Shown in pieces: positions 60,279-64,000 of a stretch of 64,000 nt of DNA. Location of the stretch: contig OZ244958.1 of the NCBI GenBank assembly GCA_965222575.1, positions 1,151,847-1,215,846 on the forward strand, given 5' to 3'. Position 1 is the first letter of the stretch, and each line of letters begins with the position of its first letter. Source of the DNA: Alphaproteobacteria bacterium. GTDB taxonomy: Bacteria; Pseudomonadota; Alphaproteobacteria; G965222575. The notes below the pieces were generated by a model that did not search any database, was not told the DNA's origin, and worked only from the letters and a program-made list of their open reading frames with translations. A program made the translations under genes and the position numbers.

Positions 60279-61111
60279 TCGTTAGCCTTAGGCACAAGCT
60301 CTATTACCTCCGGGTGCGTAATCTCCAAAAAAGGCCCATAATATTGCCTAATCCACCCCCTAACCCGCAACACGCACCCAATCCATTCCTCAAAAACCCT
60401 AGCCCCTTCCTTCACAGAAGATATGCCAAAATTCTCAAGATGCTCACGAGCAATCATAAAAGAAAAATCCTTCCGCCAATCCTCCCCAAAGTTCACATAA
60501 AATTTATTCCTAACTTCCGACACTTGTAACACCTTCCCCTGTACAATAGCAAAGCCTTCCTTAGGATTCCTCTCCACTTGTTTCGAATCCTGTATCTGAT
60601 AGGCAGCATAAGCCCAAAGCCCCACCTGCCCCCGCCGCGCAAGGCCTTCGGCCTTCAACAAGTCCAAAATGCCCTCCCTGTTATCCGCAAAACTATACAC
60701 AAACGCACCCCCGCTGCTCACCAGAAGTTCCTGAACCCATTGCCCCTTGAGAAAAATATGCCCCAAAAGCCTCCTATAACGATCCTTGTGATGCGGGGGA
60801 TAAAAAACAATTTCCACCTCCTCCCCCATCACAAGCCGCCGAAGAAAAACATAAGATTCTTCAGCAAAAGGCTCCGCAAGACGCGTTCTCTTGTTGAACA
60901 TTTCAGGGGCTTGAATCCCCAAAAGCCTCACCTCCTGACCCCCTTCCACAACAATAGTATCCCCATCTACAACAGAGGTCACCCTTGCCTGTAGTCTCTT
61001 TGCCCCTTCAGAAAGAACCAAAGCTTCACAAACTACACCTCCCCAAGCAAGGCCTAACAATATCAATGTCCCCTTCAACATCATCTCACAAAGCCCTATG
61101 GTCAGAAGCAA
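60275..61111 (-). CDS. Thermonuclease (SNase) family secreted nuclease with a C-terminal OB-like domain
   Basis: VVDGDTI, VRLLGIQAPE, DRYRRLL, ARRGQVGLW. Confidence 0.88.
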   Translation of the reverse strand: MLLTIGLCEMMLKGTLILLGLAWGGVVCEALVLSEGAKRLQARVTSVVDGDTIVVEGGQEVRLLGIQAPEMFNKRTRLAEPFAEESYVFLRRLVMGEEVEIVFYPPHHKDRYRRLLGHIFLKGQWVQELLVSSGGAFVYSFADNREGILDLLKAEGLARRGQVGLWAYAAYQIQDSKQVERNPKEGFAIVQGKVLQVSEVRNKFYVNFGEDWRKDFSFMIAREHLENFGISSVKEGARVFEEWIGCVLRVRGWIRQYYGPFLEITHPEVIELVPKANE

Positions 61112-62213
61112 AAACTTTTGGCCTCTTCAAACAACTAGACAAATAACAACTACAGGCAATCCCCACCAACAAAAGCCAAACAACATTGCTACTACCCCCA
61201 TAAGACAAAAACGGTAAGGGCAACCCCACAACAGGCACAAAGCCACTCACCATCCCCACATTCACAAACCCATAGAGAAAAAAACTACAAATAAAAGAGG
61301 CAACCGTGAGCTTCTCAAACATACCCCCACACTTCAACGCCATATACCATCCATATCCTATTACACAAAAGAAAAGACCTAAGAACGCTAGTACGCCTAT
61401 AAAACCAAACTCTTCCCCCATGAGCGTAAAGACAAAGTCCGTATGCTGCTCAGGCAAAAAATCTAGACGACTTTGCGAGCCTTGTAAATACCCCTTGCCC
61501 TCCCAACCCCCAGAACCAAAGGCTATCTTAGATTGCCAAATATGATAGCCATCTCCTAGTACATCGCGATTTACATTAAAAAATACCAATATTCTCTCCT
61601 TTTGATAAACTGCCATCCACCGCCACAAAAAAGGCAAACTCATCAAAAAACTACCCCCCAACCCCAACAGCACCTGCCACCTCAACCCCCGCACAAACAA
61701 CACAGCTACCCCTATCATCCCTAAGACAATACCCGTGCCCAAATCCGGCTGCTTAACCACTAAAATAACAGGTATCCCTATTAGAACTAACGCCCCTAGT
61801 ATTGAACGCCACTGCAATCTCTGAAAAGACGATAAATACCTGCTCAATGCTAAAATTAACGCCACACGCACCGCTTCTGAAGGCTGAAAAGTCAACGTCT
61901 TAACCTGCAACCACCTGTTAACCTCTCCACGAGAATCCCCCTGTATCTCCAAAATTATCAACAAAGCCAATACCCCTAAATACAAAAAATACGCACTCCG
62001 ATACCAAACACTAGACGGCAAAAAACAGGCGATCACCATCACAAAAATCCCCAATAAAAACCTATAAAATTGACCCATAGCCCAAGGAGACATACTCCCC
62101 CCTCCCACAGCATATAACATCACAAGACTAATCCCCATCATCAAAAAAATCATCACCACCATGCCAACTGGAAAAAGACGCAGACGAGAAGAAATATACT
62201 CCTGATACCTCAT
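61086..62213 (-). CDS. rodA: Rod shape-determining protein RodA
   Basis: QPSE, QPDLGT, GYHIWQSKIAFGSGG, FLPEQHTDF; follows PBP2. Confidence 0.94.
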   Translation of the reverse strand: MRYQEYISSRLRLFPVGMVVMIFLMMGISLVMLYAVGGGSMSPWAMGQFYRFLLGIFVMVIACFLPSSVWYRSAYFLYLGVLALLIILEIQGDSRGEVNRWLQVKTLTFQPSEAVRVALILALSRYLSSFQRLQWRSILGALVLIGIPVILVVKQPDLGTGIVLGMIGVAVLFVRGLRWQVLLGLGGSFLMSLPFLWRWMAVYQKERILVFFNVNRDVLGDGYHIWQSKIAFGSGGWEGKGYLQGSQSRLDFLPEQHTDFVFTLMGEEFGFIGVLAFLGLFFCVIGYGWYMALKCGGMFEKLTVASFICSFFLYGFVNVGMVSGFVPVVGLPLPFLSYGGSSNVVWLLLVGIACSCYLSSCLKRPKVFASDHRAL

Positions 62214-62216
62214 CCC

Positions 62217-64000
62217 TTACACAACTTCTTCTTCTTCTTCTTGATGAGACATACTGCCTTGTTCATCAAGGCGTATGGCCTCTTTCAAAACATTGCGCGC
62301 AATAGGGGCTGCTATCCGCCCCCCGCTACGCCCATGCTCCACAACCACAAGGACACAATACTTAGGTTTTGTCAACGGCGCATACCCAAAAAACATGCCA
62401 TGAGCAACCTGATGAGGTAACAATACTCCCTCTAAGTTCTCTCCTGTCTTACGAGAAACAAGCTGCACAGTACCCGTCTTGCCAGCAAAAGGAAACTGCT
62501 CTTCAAAAGCACTCCGTGCTGTCCCACGCTTGCTAGCCACTACCCCCTCCATAGCACGTCTTAAAACCTTCACAATCCCTTCCTCTGAAGCAGAAAGTAC
62601 CCGCTCTGACTTTGGGAGACTCTTCTCAAGCAATAAAGGCTCTACCTTCAATCCTCCCGAAATCAAGACATTCATCGCTACCAACAGCTGTAACGGCGTA
62701 CTCCTAACATACCCCTGCCCAATAGAAGCATTGAGCGTATCACTCAACCACCAAGGATCGCCTACCGTCCGCCTCTTCCATTGATTACTCGGAAAAGGAA
62801 TAGAGGGACTAGAGAGAAAGTCTCCTTTCACAGGAAGACCAAACCCCAACCGTTGTACTGCCTCCTTCATATTCTCAATCCCCAAACGCTTAGCCAATTC
62901 ATAAAAAAACACATCACAGGACTCCACAATGCCACGATGAAACCCAACAACACCATGACCTTGTCGCTGCCAACACCGAAATTCTCTACCCCCTACTTTT
63001 ATGCCGCCCTTACACTCAATGGTTTGATTCAGAGGAAACAACCCCTTTTGTAAGGCCGCATAAGAAACTAACAGCTTGAAAATAGACCCCGGAGAATACC
63101 GCCCGCTCACAGCCTTGTTAAAGAAACTAAAATCCTGTGAAGACTGAAGCTCATTCCAACGCTCAGAAGAAACAGCCCCAGATAAAAGATTCCCATCAAA
63201 TGAGGGAAGAGAAACCATCATGCAAATACGTCCCGTCTCAACCTCCATCACAATACAACAGCCCCTCCACTTCCCCATGGCAGCTCTTCCATATCGCTGT
63301 AAGTGAGCATTCACCGTCAAACGCAAATCCTGACCAGCCACAGCAGGCTTGCGTACCACTTCTCTTGAAATCTCCCCCCGCATCCCTACCTCTAAACGCA
63401 CATACCCCTCTTTCCCTCTCAACAGAGAATCATACCGCTTCTCAAGACCACTCACCCCTATAGGGAAAAAGGACGCCGCTCTAAAAATCTCATCCTGCTG
63501 CCGCTTCACACACACCCGTAAATCAGGACGCGTATACCCTAAAACATGAGAAAATACCTCCCCCAACGGATAGGTGCGCTTGCTATCCTTCTCAAAATAC
63601 ACACCCTTAAGACCCCCTAAATGAACATTCAGATGGGAAAAATTCTTAAAACTCTCCGTAGATGCTACCCGCACAGCAGAAAAAGGATGACGCGCAAGAA
63701 AAGTCTTATAATCACGAAAATCAGAATCTAAAGGACTATACTTTTTTATCTTCTTCAGTACCGTTGCCATAGAATGTACCTCTTGGGGCAAAACATAGAG
63801 ACTATACAGAGGCTTATCATAAGCCAACACCGCCCCTGTCCTGTCAAGAATACGCCCCCTAGTAGGGAAAATCAGGTAGTCCTGAAAACGATTTTTATCC
63901 GATAAAAGCACATATTTTGTATTTTGAAACACCTGTAAATAATAAAATCTCGCCGCCAAAACTGATAAGAGAAGACCTTTGATACCCAGCAATAAAAAGG
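62217..64000 (-). CDS. mrdA: Penicillin-binding protein 2 (5' end beyond the window)
   Basis: LSDKNR..PTRGRILDR, YSPGSIFK, SCD, AGKTGT; lies upstream of rodA. Confidence 0.94.
   Translation of the reverse strand, partial: FLLLGIKGLLLSVLAARFYYLQVFQNTKYVLLSDKNRFQDYLIFPTRGRILDRTGAVLAYDKPLYSLYVLPQEVHSMATVLKKIKKYSPLDSDFRDYKTFLARHPFSAVRVASTESFKNFSHLNVHLGGLKGVYFEKDSKRTYPLGEVFSHVLGYTRPDLRVCVKRQQDEIFRAASFFPIGVSGLEKRYDSLLRGKEGYVRLEVGMRGEISREVVRKPAVAGQDLRLTVNAHLQRYGRAAMGKWRGCCIVMEVETGRICMMVSLPSFDGNLLSGAVSSERWNELQSSQDFSFFNKAVSGRYSPGSIFKLLVSYAALQKGLFPLNQTIECKGGIKVGGREFRCWQRQGHGVVGFHRGIVESCDVFFYELAKRLGIENMKEAVQRLGFGLPVKGDFLSSPSIPFPSNQWKRRTVGDPWWLSDTLNASIGQGYVRSTPLQLLVAMNVLISGGLKVEPLLLEKSLPKSERVLSASEEGIVKVLRRAMEGVVASKRGTARSAFEEQFPFAGKTGTVQLVSRKTGENLEGVLLPHQVAHGMFFGYAPLTKPKYCVLVVVEHGRSGGRIAAPIARNVLKEAIRLDEQGSMSHQEEEEEVV

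Noticed and set aside
60275-61111. Thermonuclease as a toxin or defence module
   Set aside because: No adjacent immunity or antitoxin gene; it is embedded co-directionally in the core mrdA-rodA-atpI run.

Overview
Chromosomal window from an AT-rich, apparently host-associated alphaproteobacterium. This is inferred from the gene order (rpoZ-pyrE-pdxJ-acpS-lepB-rnc-era; separate atpHAGDC and atpIBEF'F operons; dcw cluster running into bamD-recN-ligA) and from highly diverged housekeeping proteins. The core regions (1-36.7 kb and 57.8-64 kb) contain tRNA-Leu(UAA) interrupted by a group I intron, a dif-like site where gene orientation converges, and an ATP synthase gamma subunit with a 14 x 5-aa repeat insertion. 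They also contain a truncated epsilon subunit, frameshifted recN and ftsQ, and an FtsZ with an atypical C-terminus. An accessory region of about 21 kb (36.7-57.8 kb) lies between a ~22-copy tandem repeat and the 3' end of tRNA-Ser(GGA). It encodes one chaperone-usher-like pair plus about 12 divergent paralogous DUF4402-like pilin genes, a Bsp22/EspA-like type III secretion filament protein with a candidate chaperone inserted among the pilins, a candidate type III effector, and two near-identical histidine-decarboxylase-like genes. This region is the most likely undescribed host-interaction system in the window. All family calls come from motif recognition by eye; no searches were run.
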